A DNA stretch of 62,725 bases, filler included, from Chrysochromulina tobinii (taxonomy: Eukaryota): NCBI GenBank assembly GCA_001275005.1. It is 5 parts of 5 records of this genome, joined end to end, with 100 filler letters (N's around TTAATTAATTAA, not from the genome) between each part and the next. Parts side by side here need not be neighbours in the genome. Positions count along the whole stretch, not along the records: positions 41,171 to 56,931 come from JWZX01001316.1; positions 57,032 to 59,271 come from JWZX01001322.1; positions 59,372 to 62,725 come from JWZX01001324.1; 2 more parts are not named here. One strand, written 5' to 3'. The notes below the pieces were generated by a model. It was given only the letters and a program-made list of their open reading frames with translations. It ran no database searches and was not told the DNA's origin. Every line of letters begins with the position of its first letter. The first letter of the stretch is position 1. This document shows positions 49,936 to 62,300 of this stretch, piece by piece. Made by a program: the position numbers and the translations under genes.

Positions 49936-51021
49936 ATGGTCGCCCACACGCGTGCGGCGGCGGCGCGGGCGGGCGGTGGGCGGCGGGCGCGAATTCCTTT
50001 ACCCGTCGTGATGTCCGTCCTCGAAACGCCGGAGCTCCTGAACCTCATCATGGTGCAGCTCATCCGCAGCTACCGAGCGTGGCACATTGACTGCATGCTG
50101 CCCGCCTCGGTGGCGAAGGAGTGGCGCAAAGCACTGGCACGTGCGCGCGGCGACACGGACACCTGGGGCGAGGCATCATGGGATATAGGCAAGCTGAGCG
50201 AGGCCAAAGTAACGAAGCACCTCACCATCGGGCCCTTCAGCTGGGTCGCCGAGCTGTGGTCCGAGAAAGAGCCCCATGTCCCACATCCCATGCCAGCCCC
50301 CTGGGTCAAGATGGTTCTCACCGTGCCCAGCCCCGAGCTGCTGCCGCCGGGATGGTCTCGCCGGACGGAGGCCGAGGTTGAGCTGCGTTCTCTCAAGGAT
50401 CCAGAGCGCGTCAAATTCATGTTCACGCGCCACCTCTTCTGTGAAGGCGTGCCAGCGGATCGTGAGGTGGAGGTCGCCGGTGGCGCGCTGGCGGTCAGCC
50501 TGGACGAGCATGAGGGCGATGAGACGTCGACGACGAGCGCAGGCGAGCGCCTTACCCTGGAGGACTACGGTTACATGTTCCGAAAGCACCACGAGTGCCC
50601 CAATCTCGACGACGACGACGACGACGACGACGACCTCCTTGACGACTATGGGCACCGCGTAGAAGCAAACCCTGAGCTCATAGAGGCGGGGTTGCGGCTG
50701 ACGATTCGGCTGCGCGTGCACCCGGGCACGCGCGCGCGAATCTGCTCTGCAGGCTGCGTGCCCCACCCCCTCGAGCTCCACAACAGGCTGCTGGAGCGAT
50801 GGAGCCACGGGTATCGCGTCTATTGCGACTTGTGCAAGACCGAGGTCGAGGGCGAAGGGATGCTCAGCGACTTCACCCGCTCGATGCGGCGCTGTGCGCG
50901 CGGCTGCAACTTTGACGTGTGCGAGGCGTGCATGGTGGCCCATCGCGAGCTGCTGTCCCTGCGCGAAGTCGCCTTACCAGCCGCCGAGCCTCGCTCGCAG
51001 CGTCTCGACAGTGTACTGTGA
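49936..51021 (+). CDS. Hypothetical protein with C-terminal Cys/His zinc finger (ZZ/C1-like)
   Basis: HPL..YCDLC..RCARGCNFDVCEAC; possible MATH-like segment upstream. Confidence 0.6.
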   Translation: MVAHTRAAAARAGGGRRARIPLPVVMSVLETPELLNLIMVQLIRSYRAWHIDCMLPASVAKEWRKALARARGDTDTWGEASWDIGKLSEAKVTKHLTIGPFSWVAELWSEKEPHVPHPMPAPWVKMVLTVPSPELLPPGWSRRTEAEVELRSLKDPERVKFMFTRHLFCEGVPADREVEVAGGALAVSLDEHEGDETSTTSAGERLTLEDYGYMFRKHHECPNLDDDDDDDDDLLDDYGHRVEANPELIEAGLRLTIRLRVHPGTRARICSAGCVPHPLELHNRLLERWSHGYRVYCDLCKTEVEGEGMLSDFTRSMRRCARGCNFDVCEACMVAHRELLSLREVALPAAEPRSQRLDSVL

Positions 51022-51263
51022 TACAGGAGGGTGAACGTGTGTACCAGTTTGAGGAGGTACGCGTTACTGCTTGCTTAAGAGGTTGCATGCTACGCTCCTG
51101 TACTCATGCTTCACAGTCAACAAGACTGGTCACATGCAGGTGCTGCCGCACTTGAAGCGGATTCCAAAAATGGAAGTGAACCATGGTGAACGACGCACAC
51201 GCAGACGGCGCAGCCCTTCCGGCCTTCCGCAGCGCCTTCCGCCTACCATAAAATCAAACTCGA

Positions 51264-52981
51264 ATGATACTTGCGGTTTCGCTACTCATCGGCCTCCCGC
51301 TTGAGGCGATTGGCAATAGTGAAGTGAGCAGGCAGCCCAGCCGCGCACAGGTGCTCGTCATCGTCTCTGACTCGGGAAGCGGCACAACAGACTTCGGCGA
51401 AGCGCTCAATAAACACCCATGCATGTTCAACTTGGGAGAGCCCTTCATGCAAAGCGCAATGATGTGGTCTAAGAGCGAGATCGCCGGATGCGTGTATCCT
51501 GACGCACTCTTCGATGCGGACTCTGGCCTTCTCAAGCACAACAACAACACGCAGCTGACTCGCAAGATCGGTGAGCTCAGATCCAGCAAAGCTCGGCAAG
51601 CTTGGCAAGAGACAGGCAAGCGACCGGACGAGAATCTCGCCGGTGACTCTCCCTTGCTGTACGAGGGCCTGGACTACAACCTCGCGGACTACTTCGTCCG
51701 CATCCGCGATCACATCTGCGCGAGTGTCCCCGATGAGATCTGCCCACTCTCAGATTGCACAATCTCCCTGAAGATGTTCCCGCAGTTCGTGAACGCCCAC
51801 ACGGGCCCAACACCGCCCACACCAGGCAGGTGCACGGACGCGCGTAACGAGAAGGCGATGACGGCGTGGAAGCAGGCGCTCGAATCCATGAAGAGCAACC
51901 CGAAGGTCGCGACGTTTGCGCTCCTCCGGAACGAGCTCGATAGGCAGTTTTCCGTCTTCCGCAGATTCAGTCTCCCTGGTACTCAGTTTGACTGCAGCAC
52001 GCCGCGCGCGCCCAGCGCGTTCGCCAACGTGTCGACCAACTACACCGACACCCAGATGCAGATCGAGAGCTGTTGGAAAGATGCGGCGGGTGCCGACGAG
52101 TGCGTTGGCCACGCTCTTGGGCTCGTAGGCCTGTCATCCATGCCGGTTCTAGGGGACGCGGGGAAGGCCGTCAACATCATGCAGGCGGGCGAGGTCTCGT
52201 TCTTGTACCACGCGGCGCAGGCGAGTTTCTCCACGGAGCACGGACCCCTGATTGCCACGATCAATTGCCACCATCAACTAACCATCAACTGCTCACCAAT
52301 TGCCACACCAATCGCCACTATAATTGCGCGCAGGCGAGTTGCGCCACGGACCCCGACGCCATCTTCAAGCGGGTGGGGCAGGACAAGTGCGTTGGACAAG
52401 TCGATGCGTTGGACAAGTGCGTCATAATAGAGGGCCGCTCTCAACCTCTGCACTCCCAACCCCTAGCCAACGCGGCGTTCGCGGCACCAAAGGGCGTCTC
52501 GGACCTAATCTCGGACCTACCGGACGTATCGAGCGATGCGGTGGTGAAGAGCGACGGCGCGTTGGTGTTCGCCAACTACGTCACCAACCTTGTGCGCCCT
52601 CAGCAGGGCCACCCTAGTACGCCGGGCGAGAGCTATCCTCGTTCATGGCCCGATAGCTTCCCGGCCCCTCATCCGAGCCGAGCCCTGCAGCCCGAGGACC
52701 AAACTACGCAGAAGCACGCCGTAGGTGCCGCCGACTGCCGGTGCCTCGCCCCTAGCGAGTGCGACCAGCTTCTGGACCTGGTGCTGCCCGGCACCCCGAT
52801 GGTTCAGCAGGCCAAGTGTGGCTGCTCGCCCAACTGCATGCTGGTGCACTGGCAGCCAGTGCACAAGATCACGGAGCCTGTCGACATGGGCCATGACGCC
52901 CTCCCTCCCCTAACACCTTCTCCCGCCCCCGAACCAGATGGCGTTGCGCATGCTCTCAGTCTGATGCCATCGATGTTGTAG
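51264..52981 (+). CDS. Secreted sulfotransferase-like protein (2 exons)
   Basis: Signal peptide; SDSGSGTTDFGEALNKHP..LGEPF resembles a PAPS-binding loop; GC-AG intron 52221-52333 joins ORFs 51264 and 52073 in phase 0. Confidence 0.55.
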
Positions 52982-53389
52982 CTACTTACGGTACTGTGTG
53001 CAGAACGTCGACGACAAATACATCGACCCCCGCGATCCCAGTGTACTATGATGCGACGTGCGGGGGATGTGCGTGCTCCAGACCACCGAGGGGCGGATCG
53101 AAACCAGTCCGTCTGGTGCGTTGCCAGACTGCCATGTCGGTCACGTGTTGGTCCCGGCGCCCCGCGGCATGGGCGGGGCGGCGAGGCCGGCCGCGTGCGT
53201 GGAGCTGCGTGTGTACCCGGACCACTGTCAGTCACGCAGATCCAGGAGATGCGTGATCCATGATGGATCGCAGATTCGTCGCAGTGTGTCTGACGTACAT
53301 CGTTGGCGTGGAGAAACGAAAACGTCTTTAAGTAAATATCGAGCTCCCACCTCCAGACTGTAAATACTAGTGCGGGCTCGTCCAACGCT

Positions 53390-54139
53390 CTATCGAGACT
53401 TGACACGGTCGTCGCTCTCTTGGACCCACCATCGGAAGAGTCCGCTACTGGGCGCCTTCCACTCAGCCGACAATGGGTCAGTGTCGCTCGCGTAGAGCTT
53501 CTCGCTTGCGGTCATCGCATAGCCTCGCATTTCTTGGTCCGAGGTGGCGGGCCCAAAGGAGTCAAACGGCGACTCGGCGACTACCAGCGCACGCCTGCGG
53601 TTGCGCAGTACTGGCACCTTCTCCCAACCGAGTGCGATGCGAGCCTTCTCCAGTCGATTCCGATTGGCGCCAAAATCGGGTGCGCCGCCGCGCCTCGAGG
53701 AGCGAAACTGGACCAGCGTATCGTTGGGCGTGAAAAAGAATTCGGCCTCATCCACCGCGGCCATGCCGAGCGGGCCCTTGTCTTCAAACTCCACACGCAG
53801 AAATCGCTCTTCGTCGGCAGCAGTGACTCGTCCCCCCAGACGTTCAACGACAGTGCGCCTCAGTGCCTTATAGTCGTCGTTCAGCGTGCCCTCCGCTATC
53901 CACGGGTTGTCCCACACGGGCGGCCGATCGTCCTGCGACGAGACACAAGAGCTTTCGCCTGGGCAGTCGGCAAAAAGACCGTCGACCGGCCACAGCGATG
54001 CATCAGCATGTGCAGCAGCTCTGCGAGAGACTGCCGCAGCAAGCGCAGCCGCGACGGCGCCACGGCGTGAGACGACGGAAGCCGACGCGGAAGCCGACGC
54101 GGAAAGCGACAGGATCGCTGCGCAGACGGCGCTGGGCAT
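53390..54139 (-). CDS. DUF1499 family protein
   Basis: CPGESSCVSSQD, VDEAEFFF, VQFRSSR..DFGANRNRLEKAR; SRRG..A motif resembles a twin-arginine lumen signal. Confidence 0.82.
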   Translation of the reverse strand: MPSAVCAAILSLSASASASASVVSRRGAVAAALAAAVSRRAAAHADASLWPVDGLFADCPGESSCVSSQDDRPPVWDNPWIAEGTLNDDYKALRRTVVERLGGRVTAADEERFLRVEFEDKGPLGMAAVDEAEFFFTPNDTLVQFRSSRRGGAPDFGANRNRLEKARIALGWEKVPVLRNRRRALVVAESPFDSFGPATSDQEMRGYAMTASEKLYASDTDPLSAEWKAPSSGLFRWWVQESDDRVKSR

Positions 54140-54321
54140 TTTGTGCTGTGCACAAGAAGGTGCTTTCTCCTGAGAAAATTCCTCAGAACGAATGAAACGT
54201 CGATCGCGCTGCCCAGGGTTGACGCAGACAAACGTTAAAAATTTCCCCACACGAGTGACGTGAAACTTGGCGTTCCGAAAATAGCTCGACAGCACCTGCT
54301 CGCTGCTCGCTCTCACACGCG

Positions 54322-55386
54322 ATGATGCCCGTCTTGACCCTGGACGACCTGCTGAGTCTTGCGGACGAAATCGAGCAGAACGAGCAGACATCCATTCAGA
54401 ACGAAGCCCCAGGATCTGAGGATGCCGAGGAGCGAGGATTTGACGACGAGGAGGTTGTACTACTGTCACGGATCGGGCAGGCATTGAGCGAGGCCATGAG
54501 CAACGAGTTAAGTGAGATGGATCTGAATGACGAGCTCTCTGATGAGGAGCACCAAGAGATCATGTTCACTATCTTCGACAAAGTTCTCAAGGCGGTGAAG
54601 AAAAAGGGCAACAAGGACCTCGACGAGGCGGACCTTGCGTTCGTAAAGGCTCGCATCGAGAAGGAAGCGATCAAGCGCAATTTGCAGCAGCCGCACGCGA
54701 CGAAACGCCGCTTCGCGCCACTGGATCGCGTGGTCTGCCGCGTTCGCGGCGATCGTGAATGGGCCGCCGGCACCGTACAGGCCTTGGACCAGGAGAATGA
54801 CGACGTCGACCCATATAGGACGTTCCCATATCTCGTCAAGGTGGACCCGCCGGGTAGCTCGGGCGTGTTGGTTCCCGAGGACACCAACAACGAGGTGCGC
54901 GCCGAGATGTGCTTCGGCCAACGCACCGATGGACTCTTGTGGACGTTGCGCTGCTTGCCGCGTACCAAGGCGAGAGGTTCACATCACAAGCGGCGGTTCG
55001 TCGTCGGCGAACGGGTGGCCTGCGCTGTCGAGTCAGATGACGGAAACCTTTTCGCGCCAGACAATGGTTACACCGACTGGGCCGCCGGCACCGTGATCGC
55101 CGTCGACCATCCGGTGGAAGGCATGGGCGCAATGCCGGGGGGCATCGTGCCGTACCGTGTGGCGATGGACAGCGGCGCGACGGTGCTTGTTCATCAAGAT
55201 GAGCATTGGCTCATTCGTGACTTGACACTGCAGCCAACGGGGCCTCGCGTCTCGGCGGACGGCACGCGAGAGCTGACGCGGATGGGCACGTGCAAGCTGC
55301 GAGATGGCTTGTGGCACGTAGTCGATCACGTGACACGCAACGTGCGCAAACTCGAGCAGGAGGTAGAGCAATGTGACGTCGACTAA
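54322..55386 (+). CDS. Hypothetical protein with two SH3/Tudor-like repeats
   Basis: RFAPLDRVVC..WAAGTV..PYLVK and RFVVGERVAC..WAAGTV..PYRV. Confidence 0.65.
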   Translation: MMPVLTLDDLLSLADEIEQNEQTSIQNEAPGSEDAEERGFDDEEVVLLSRIGQALSEAMSNELSEMDLNDELSDEEHQEIMFTIFDKVLKAVKKKGNKDLDEADLAFVKARIEKEAIKRNLQQPHATKRRFAPLDRVVCRVRGDREWAAGTVQALDQENDDVDPYRTFPYLVKVDPPGSSGVLVPEDTNNEVRAEMCFGQRTDGLLWTLRCLPRTKARGSHHKRRFVVGERVACAVESDDGNLFAPDNGYTDWAAGTVIAVDHPVEGMGAMPGGIVPYRVAMDSGATVLVHQDEHWLIRDLTLQPTGPRVSADGTRELTRMGTCKLRDGLWHVVDHVTRNVRKLEQEVEQCDVD

Positions 55387-56103
55387 GCGAAGAAACAAGT
55401 GGCGACCCTCTCGTGCAGCTGTGGAGTGTCTCCCCGCGGGCACAACAGACACACCCACAAGCACACCGCTCAAGGGAGCGCTGCGCTGACGGAGTTGAGC
55501 ATGGCCACCTGCACTCGAGTGCGGTGTTCCATTTGCATCATTTACTCGCTCTGCGCGGGTCGATCACGTCGCGTCGTATTTCTGGACGATTGACCACAAT
55601 TGCTTCAGAGGGCGCTATCGGACGGGTCCCACAGCGAGGTGAAGGCGACGTTATAAATAACACCGAAAAGTCTCCATAAACTATATGTAGGTCCTCGCGA
55701 GCCCTATCCAAGAGGCTCGAGGTGTGATTAGCCCGCCCCCGTGGTTTCCTCTACCGCGGCGGCCGGGCCGCCTTTTCAGTTTGAGTTTCACGGTTTCACC
55801 ATTCCCGGCTCCCTTTGCCTTTCCGCCCCTCCCCCTGCACCGCGCGCACGCACCGCCGTCAACCGGTCGGCCGCGGTCGGCGTCGCCGTCGGGCCCCACC
55901 GATCGCCGGCGTCGCTGTCTCCTCCAACCTACCCACCAACGCCCCGACCCCGGGCCACGCCACCTCCATGATGGTCCATGCACCCGTGCGAGCGATGCGC
56001 ATGGCGATGCATCTGACACGAAAAAGGGTGCTCTCTCCAAGCCCCCGTTAATACCGTTAACAGACGAGACGCAGCACGCGCACACACACATCACAGATGC
56101 AGC

Positions 56104-56931
56104 TCACAGATGCAGATTAAACCCAGCCTTTCCTTGCGCTACGAAACGAATCGAGGCCTTCCCTTCCTCGCCCATGGCATTGTTCGAGACGTCGCACTCC
56201 ATCAATGTGCCTGTGACGGCCACCATGGCGGCCACAGACTTTGCTCCCACAGGACCGATGCTGTTGGCGCCCATGTTGAGTGACGCAAGCTTGGTCTCCT
56301 TGTTGCTCTGGATGGCCTCGCAGACTGCGCTTACGCTATCATCATTGAGGTTGTTGAAGGACAAATCCAGGGCCGTCAGCCCGCCGTTGACACCAAGAGC
56401 GGCGGCAAGCTCCTTGATGCCTGTCATGTCTCCGCCGAAGTTGGTGAGACGATTTTTGGACAGGTTGATGCTCGTCAGCGCGCCTGTGACGCTCGTGCGG
56501 AGCGACTCGGCGATCAGCTTGACACCAATAGGGCCGATGTTCTCGTCGGACGCGTCCATAGACATGATCTTGCTGTCCTTGTTGCCGCAGATGGCGGCAA
56601 AGATGGCACCCCAGCCCTCGTCCCCGAGCGTGTTGCCCCTGAGCTTGACGGACGTCAATGAGCCGTTGACGCCAAGCATGTTGGCCACGTGCTTGGCACC
56701 TGCTGACCCTCCGATGCCTGTGTGATTGCCAGCCCCGCTGATGTCAATCTCCTTGAGCGACTTGTTCTGTTCCAGTGCCTCGCAGATGGCTTTGGTGCCC
56801 TCCTCCCCCAACCTGTTTCTGGCGAGGGACAGCATCGTCAGCACGCCTGTGACAGCTACCATAGCCGCCAAAGCGTTTGCTCCGCCTGGACTGATGCTAT
56901 TGTTCTTGAAGTTGAGCGACGCGAGCTTGGT
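56104..56931 (-). CDS. RI-type LRR protein (NLRC3-like), 5'-truncated
   Basis: Repeated L.L..N.LG.EG/IGPVGAK units; ORF runs into contig end. Confidence 0.88.
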   Translation of the reverse strand, partial: TKLASLNFKNNSISPGGANALAAMVAVTGVLTMLSLARNRLGEEGTKAICEALEQNKSLKEIDISGAGNHTGIGGSAGAKHVANMLGVNGSLTSVKLRGNTLGDEGWGAIFAAICGNKDSKIMSMDASDENIGPIGVKLIAESLRTSVTGALTSINLSKNRLTNFGGDMTGIKELAAALGVNGGLTALDLSFNNLNDDSVSAVCEAIQSNKETKLASLNMGANSIGPVGAKSVAAMVAVTGTLMECDVSNNAMGEEGKASIRFVAQGKAGFNLHL

Positions 56932-57031
56932 NNNNNNNNNNNNNNNNNNNNNNNNNNNNNNNNNNNNNNNNNNNNTTAATTAATTAANNNNNNNNNNNNN
57001 NNNNNNNNNNNNNNNNNNNNNNNNNNNNNNN
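56932..57031. other. Artificial contig linker
   Basis: Same linker. Confidence 0.97.
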
Positions 57032-57049
57032 TTTGCTGGAGTTGCACGT

Positions 57050-59271
57050 GTGCGAGGCGGTGACAGCCCGTTGATGCTGGCGTGCACGCCCATTGTATTC
57101 CGCAAGGACGGCCAAAGCAGCAGAACAAGACAACAATCGACTCCAGACCTCCCCGGTGGTCTAGTCAACATCAACGTGCTTTCGATGTCCGCCGACAGGA
57201 TGGCGCATGCGATGCGGGCGAGCGTGAGTCAAAGCGCCTTCGAGTCGGTGACGTTGAAATCGGTGGGGACGCATCCTTACGTGGTGGTCGCATTCGTCCA
57301 GCTCTTCACCCACCAGACGACATTCAAAAATGACGAGGAATGGCTAGAGGCACAGTACCCGAAACTCGTGCAACTACTTTACGGGCCCGTAGCAATCGTG
57401 ATGGCATACAAGGAGCCGAGACAACTGCTTTTGGTGTCCGTTGACGACTTGCGTCCAGGTTTAGACGGCATGAAGATCCCGCCACCGACGATCTTCAAAG
57501 CAGGGACAACAGCTATTCGCGCCATGATCGCCAAGATGATCACTGAAGAGAAGGGCAAACTTCGCGCTGACGCCAACGATAAGATGCTCTTTGCAGCTGA
57601 GTGGCCAAACGGCCGGGAAAGCGGGCTCAGTCCGAGATCGAAGCTGGATCAGCTAGTATCCATGCAGTGGGCGATCGGCGCATTCCGTGCCTCGAGCATG
57701 CTGACGGGTAATGGGAACGCGCAGCAAGAGCATCAGAAGGCCGCGCCCGCCTTAACCGCGCCCAAGCCAAAGAAGCAGAAGCTCGATGCGCATTCAAACA
57801 ATGATTCTCCGAATTCTTCGGCCGGGTCGAGCATGTCGACTGTACGCCCGAGTGCCCATCAAACGAAGCCGCCTAGCTCGTTGGTGCCGAAACGAGGCGC
57901 CTCCCAATCTTTGGTACCATCGACCATGAATTCAGACCCTGCCGTCATGGTGTTTGATGAGGACGACATTGCATCCCTTTCCGAATCGCTGCGGGAAGCG
58001 ACTTCACCGTCGAAGTCAGGACCCGAGAATGAGCTCATGAGTTCAGTCAATACCATGATGGCAAGGGCAAGAGACAGGTTAACCTTTGATGCCGAACCAC
58101 GGGAAGTGGTATTCAAATATCTTTCGACAGCAGCGAGCAAGTTGGTGACTGAAAAGATCCTCCCAACACTGGAGCGGATGAAGATCTACGTCGCACTCGC
58201 AAAGAACCCGTGCAAGGTGGCTGAACTTGAAGCTATCAAAGTGGAAGCAGATCAGTATGAGCGAACCGCACTCTCCGCTATTGAGCTCTTGCACTGTGAG
58301 TGCAAGAGATACAAACACGACTACACTCCTCAAACGGGGACAAAGATGAAGATCGAGCAGGCAAAGAGCCACGTTCATACTGCAGTAGATGAAGCTCGGG
58401 AGAAGCTGAACAAGGCGGCCGCTAGCAAGGCGAAGAAAGCAAAACTGTCGGTGGATCCCTTTCCCCCCCTTGCCGCCCAGCAGGTGGCGGGCCACGCCGC
58501 GTCCGCCGCCCAGGGACAAGCCGCGCTCGCCGCCCAGCAGCGAGAGATCGCCGCCCAGCAGGCGGCGGGTCAAGCCGCGCTCGCCGCCCAGCAGCGAGAG
58601 ATCGCCGCCAAGCTAGCGACAATTGAGGCAAACTCAAAGAGAACTGCAGAACGGGAGAGGGAATCCCAACGACAGGCAGCGGAGCTGAACAGAGTTGAAA
58701 ACTTGGCGCTGGACGCCAGCAACAGAGCAGCGCTCGCATTGCAGTCGCAAGTCGCTGTTGTGCAATCGGCTCTTGAGTCGAAGGAAAAGGCAGAGCAGGA
58801 GGCACATAAGCTCAAGATCGAGAGGGAGGAGATGAATAAGAAACTTATTAAACTTCAAACGGAACAAGCAGTACGCAATGCCCAATCTGACGAGGAGGCG
58901 AAGGGAAGGGTAGCACTTGAGGCGATGCGGCAAAAGATGGAGGAGCGGATGGAAGCGAACGATAAGCAGTTGAACCAGTTGAAGGTCGAGAATGCCAAGA
59001 CTGTAGCAACCATGGAAACGAAGGATGCGGTGCATCTAACGGTCGAACAGCTTCAGAACCAACTGACGCAAGCATTGGTGGGCCAGGCTCTCGCGAAAGG
59101 CGCTTTCACCGGTCTTTTCGCCTCCGGCGGCGGCGGTGGTCCAAGTGGGTCGAACAATGCGCAATGGTTTCAGGCGAACCTTAAGCCTCTCTTGATGGGA
59201 GGATCAAGCTCGGGAGACGGCTTATCGGCGCCGCCACGTCCTCCAGAGCTGATGCCACCTCCGCCGCCCAG
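57050..59271 (+). CDS. Hypothetical coiled-coil protein, 3'-truncated
   Basis: >700 uninterrupted codons; long E/K/Q/A heptad region; duplicated AALAAQQREIAA. Confidence 0.65.
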
Positions 59272-59371
59272 NNNNNNNNNNNNNNNNNNNNNNNNNNNNN
59301 NNNNNNNNNNNNNNNTTAATTAATTAANNNNNNNNNNNNNNNNNNNNNNNNNNNNNNNNNNNNNNNNNNNN
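59272..59371. other. Artificial contig linker
   Basis: Same linker. Confidence 0.97.
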
Positions 59372-59373
59372 AT

Positions 59374-62300
59374 GCGCTCGGCAAACCTATCGTCGGCAAG
59401 CTCAAGGAGAAACTCGCCAAGTGCCGCACGGAGAAAGGCAAGACGGTCTCTTCGGTCGAAGTCTGCAACGAGTGCGACGAACCAATCGAGCTCGAGTGCT
59501 CGGTGCTCGAGGCGCACGACCTCAACATCATGATCGACCTCAGCTCCAAGCCGCCGAGCACACCGACGACAATCGACGATATGCCCACGGCAATCCTGAC
59601 ACGCTTCGTCGGCCTCGCCGAGAGCACGAACCCGTTTGTGCTGACCGCTGTGTCGCACGGCTTCATGAGCGCCGTCAACGAATACGTCGAGAGCATCTAC
59701 GAGGCCGAGGAGCGCATGCACGCGATCGAAATCGCTGACTGCAAGTTGCGAGCAGACACGCAGCGCAAGGCGCTTGCCGCGTCCCCATCGCTGCGCGCCG
59801 TATGCGCCACGCAAATTCAGGAGGCATTCAAGCGCTTCCTCGACCGACGGCGCCACAACATCAGCGGCATCGAGCTCGAGATCAACTCGGCGATGCATGA
59901 GAACACTGGTGAGTCGACGGTGCGAGTGCAGATCGACGGCGGCGCCAACACGAACCTCTTCGTCTCCCAAGCTATCAGAGCGCGGGCGACAAAGACGGGC
60001 AGCACGACGCCGCTTGGACTCGCTGGCAAAGGCCAACACCTGCCGACGCAGGGCGATGCCAAGCTCACCATCGAGCTCATCGACGAGCTCTCAGAGGTGT
60101 TCGCGACGGGCACAATCAACGGCGTACTTGCACCAACGGGCCGGCGCGACCTCCTCGGCGTAACACCAGTATGGGATGTCGTGCAGCTCACCTTCCTGCC
60201 TGAGCCGTGGCTGCTCGCAGTCCATCCGGCAAGCGGCCGAGCGGGGACCATGACCCGCTGGAACGGGCTCTTCATCATGGACGCGACCATGACGACCACG
60301 GGCATCTCGTTCAAGCTGGACAAGACGCTCAAGCCGCACGACCTGTCGGCACTCATCTCATGCAAGGCTCACGAGGCCTCGGTCGTGGATGTGTCATCGC
60401 ACCACAAGTACGTGCTCCTGGCAGCGCAAATGCATGTCGACGCGTCTGGGCTCCGGCGCCTCGCCGGCACCGCCCCGACCTTCGACTTCAAGACGGTACC
60501 GACGACAGCGGCGCGCCTCATCGACACGGACATGATCAGAATTGCGGCCAACCTGCGCAAAGCACCTGCGGTGCAACGGGCGCCCGCTCTCCATCGGCCG
60601 ACCGAAGTCGGTCACACGTTCCAAGTCGACGGATTCGGGCACGTCGGCGTCAAGGCAGCCGGCTGCTCGGACACGTACCAGTGGCTGATCATCGACGCGG
60701 TCTCCGACTACATGTACGATCACCTGACGTGCACGTCGAACCAGGCCACGCTCTTCGAGTTCCTCGACACCTGGCACGCGAACGAGACGGCCCTCGGCCA
60801 CAGCCCCAAGGTCCTCATCTTTGACGCGTGCCCAACGTGGGCATTCGACTCCGCCTTCACCCCGCTGATCGCAGCTCGCTACAAGTGCAAGGCGATCGTC
60901 GCAGCGGGGGGCGACCACAACCGCATCCCGAAGATGGAGGCTGCGCAGGACCCACTAACGCGCATGGCAGAAGCGATGCTCAAGCGTCGTGTGTGGGGCA
61001 AAGGCTTCTTTTTGCATGCGCGCTCATACGCCGTGCAGATCAGGAACCACAAGGTGGCTCACCATCAGACGCACACGAGAGTCCATCGGCACACGGGCAA
61101 GCCTGCTGATGTCACATTCATCCTCTTCGGCACGACGTGCGCGATCCTCAAGGACGGGCTGAACTCACAGCGCACAGAGGTCGGCACGGAGCGCACGGAC
61201 AACGCCGACATCATCGGGTACGAGCCTAACGCCCGCAAGTACAAGCTGTGGAAGAGCGACACGCAGCGCATCATCCACCGCACGAACCCGCGCCCGCTTA
61301 ACGAGATGCAGCTCGCGCTGACGGGCATCCCGGCCAGTGGCACCGTGGTCGAGGCGGAAGTGCAGACGGACGACGATGCGACCTACGCGCCGCTCGTGCT
61401 CGCTGCCCCGCCGAAGCCACCGCCCGCACCGATCGTCATCCAGGCGGGCTACGAGCCGCTGCCTGATGGCACGCGACTTGAGATGTGCTTCGACACGGAT
61501 AAGCAGAAGCCCACATGGTTCCCGGCCACGGTCACCAAGTCCCACAAGCAAGAGTCGGGCAAGGTGTTCACCGAGCTGAGCTGGGACGACAAGAGCTGGG
61601 CCGACGATCCGAAGTGGAAGGGCAAACTCTTTGACCTCACATCGCAGCACCAGCCGTGGCGGCTGCTCAACGCGCCCTCGCCTGCCGCTACCGCACCCGT
61701 GCCCGCCGCGCCTATCGCCCCAGTGATCGCGCCGCAGCAGGGGGCGCCACGTCGAGTCCTGCGATCGACTAGGCTGGCAATGCCGGTCTCGGCTGCGCTC
61801 GAGCGCGTCCTCCCCGGGCTCTCGGAGACCGCGGCCATCGACACCTTCAACGCAATCGCACACCAATGGCTCGGCCACGTCGTGCCGATCGAGGTGCAGT
61901 CGATTGAGGAGCTCGACAAGGCACGCGAGCACATCCACCAGCTGGAATGCGCCCTCGACAAGATCGACCCGTTCCAGGCCGAGGTGAGCGCCACCGAGCT
62001 GGCCGATGGCCTCGAAGTCTCCAAGGCGCTCAAAAACATCGTCGACGTCAAGTCGGCGAGCGGTGAGTGGTACACCATCACCATCCCCAAGAACGAGCGC
62101 GCGCTCAAGGCCGACCCGAACGAGGCCGCATGGCGCCTCTCGCATCAAGCAGCTCACGAATCCGTCCTCTCGAACCCGCTGAACACGATGGAGAAGCGCA
62201 AGGTAGCCAAGGCACTCGGCGCGATCATCTCCCCGGTCGTGATGCAGGACTCCGTGAAGAAGGATCTCGTGACGCACGAACTGCTCAAGTTCAAATCCAG

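Noticed and set aside
55724..56725. 333-aa + strand ORF
   Set aside because: Antisense shadow of the LRR gene.
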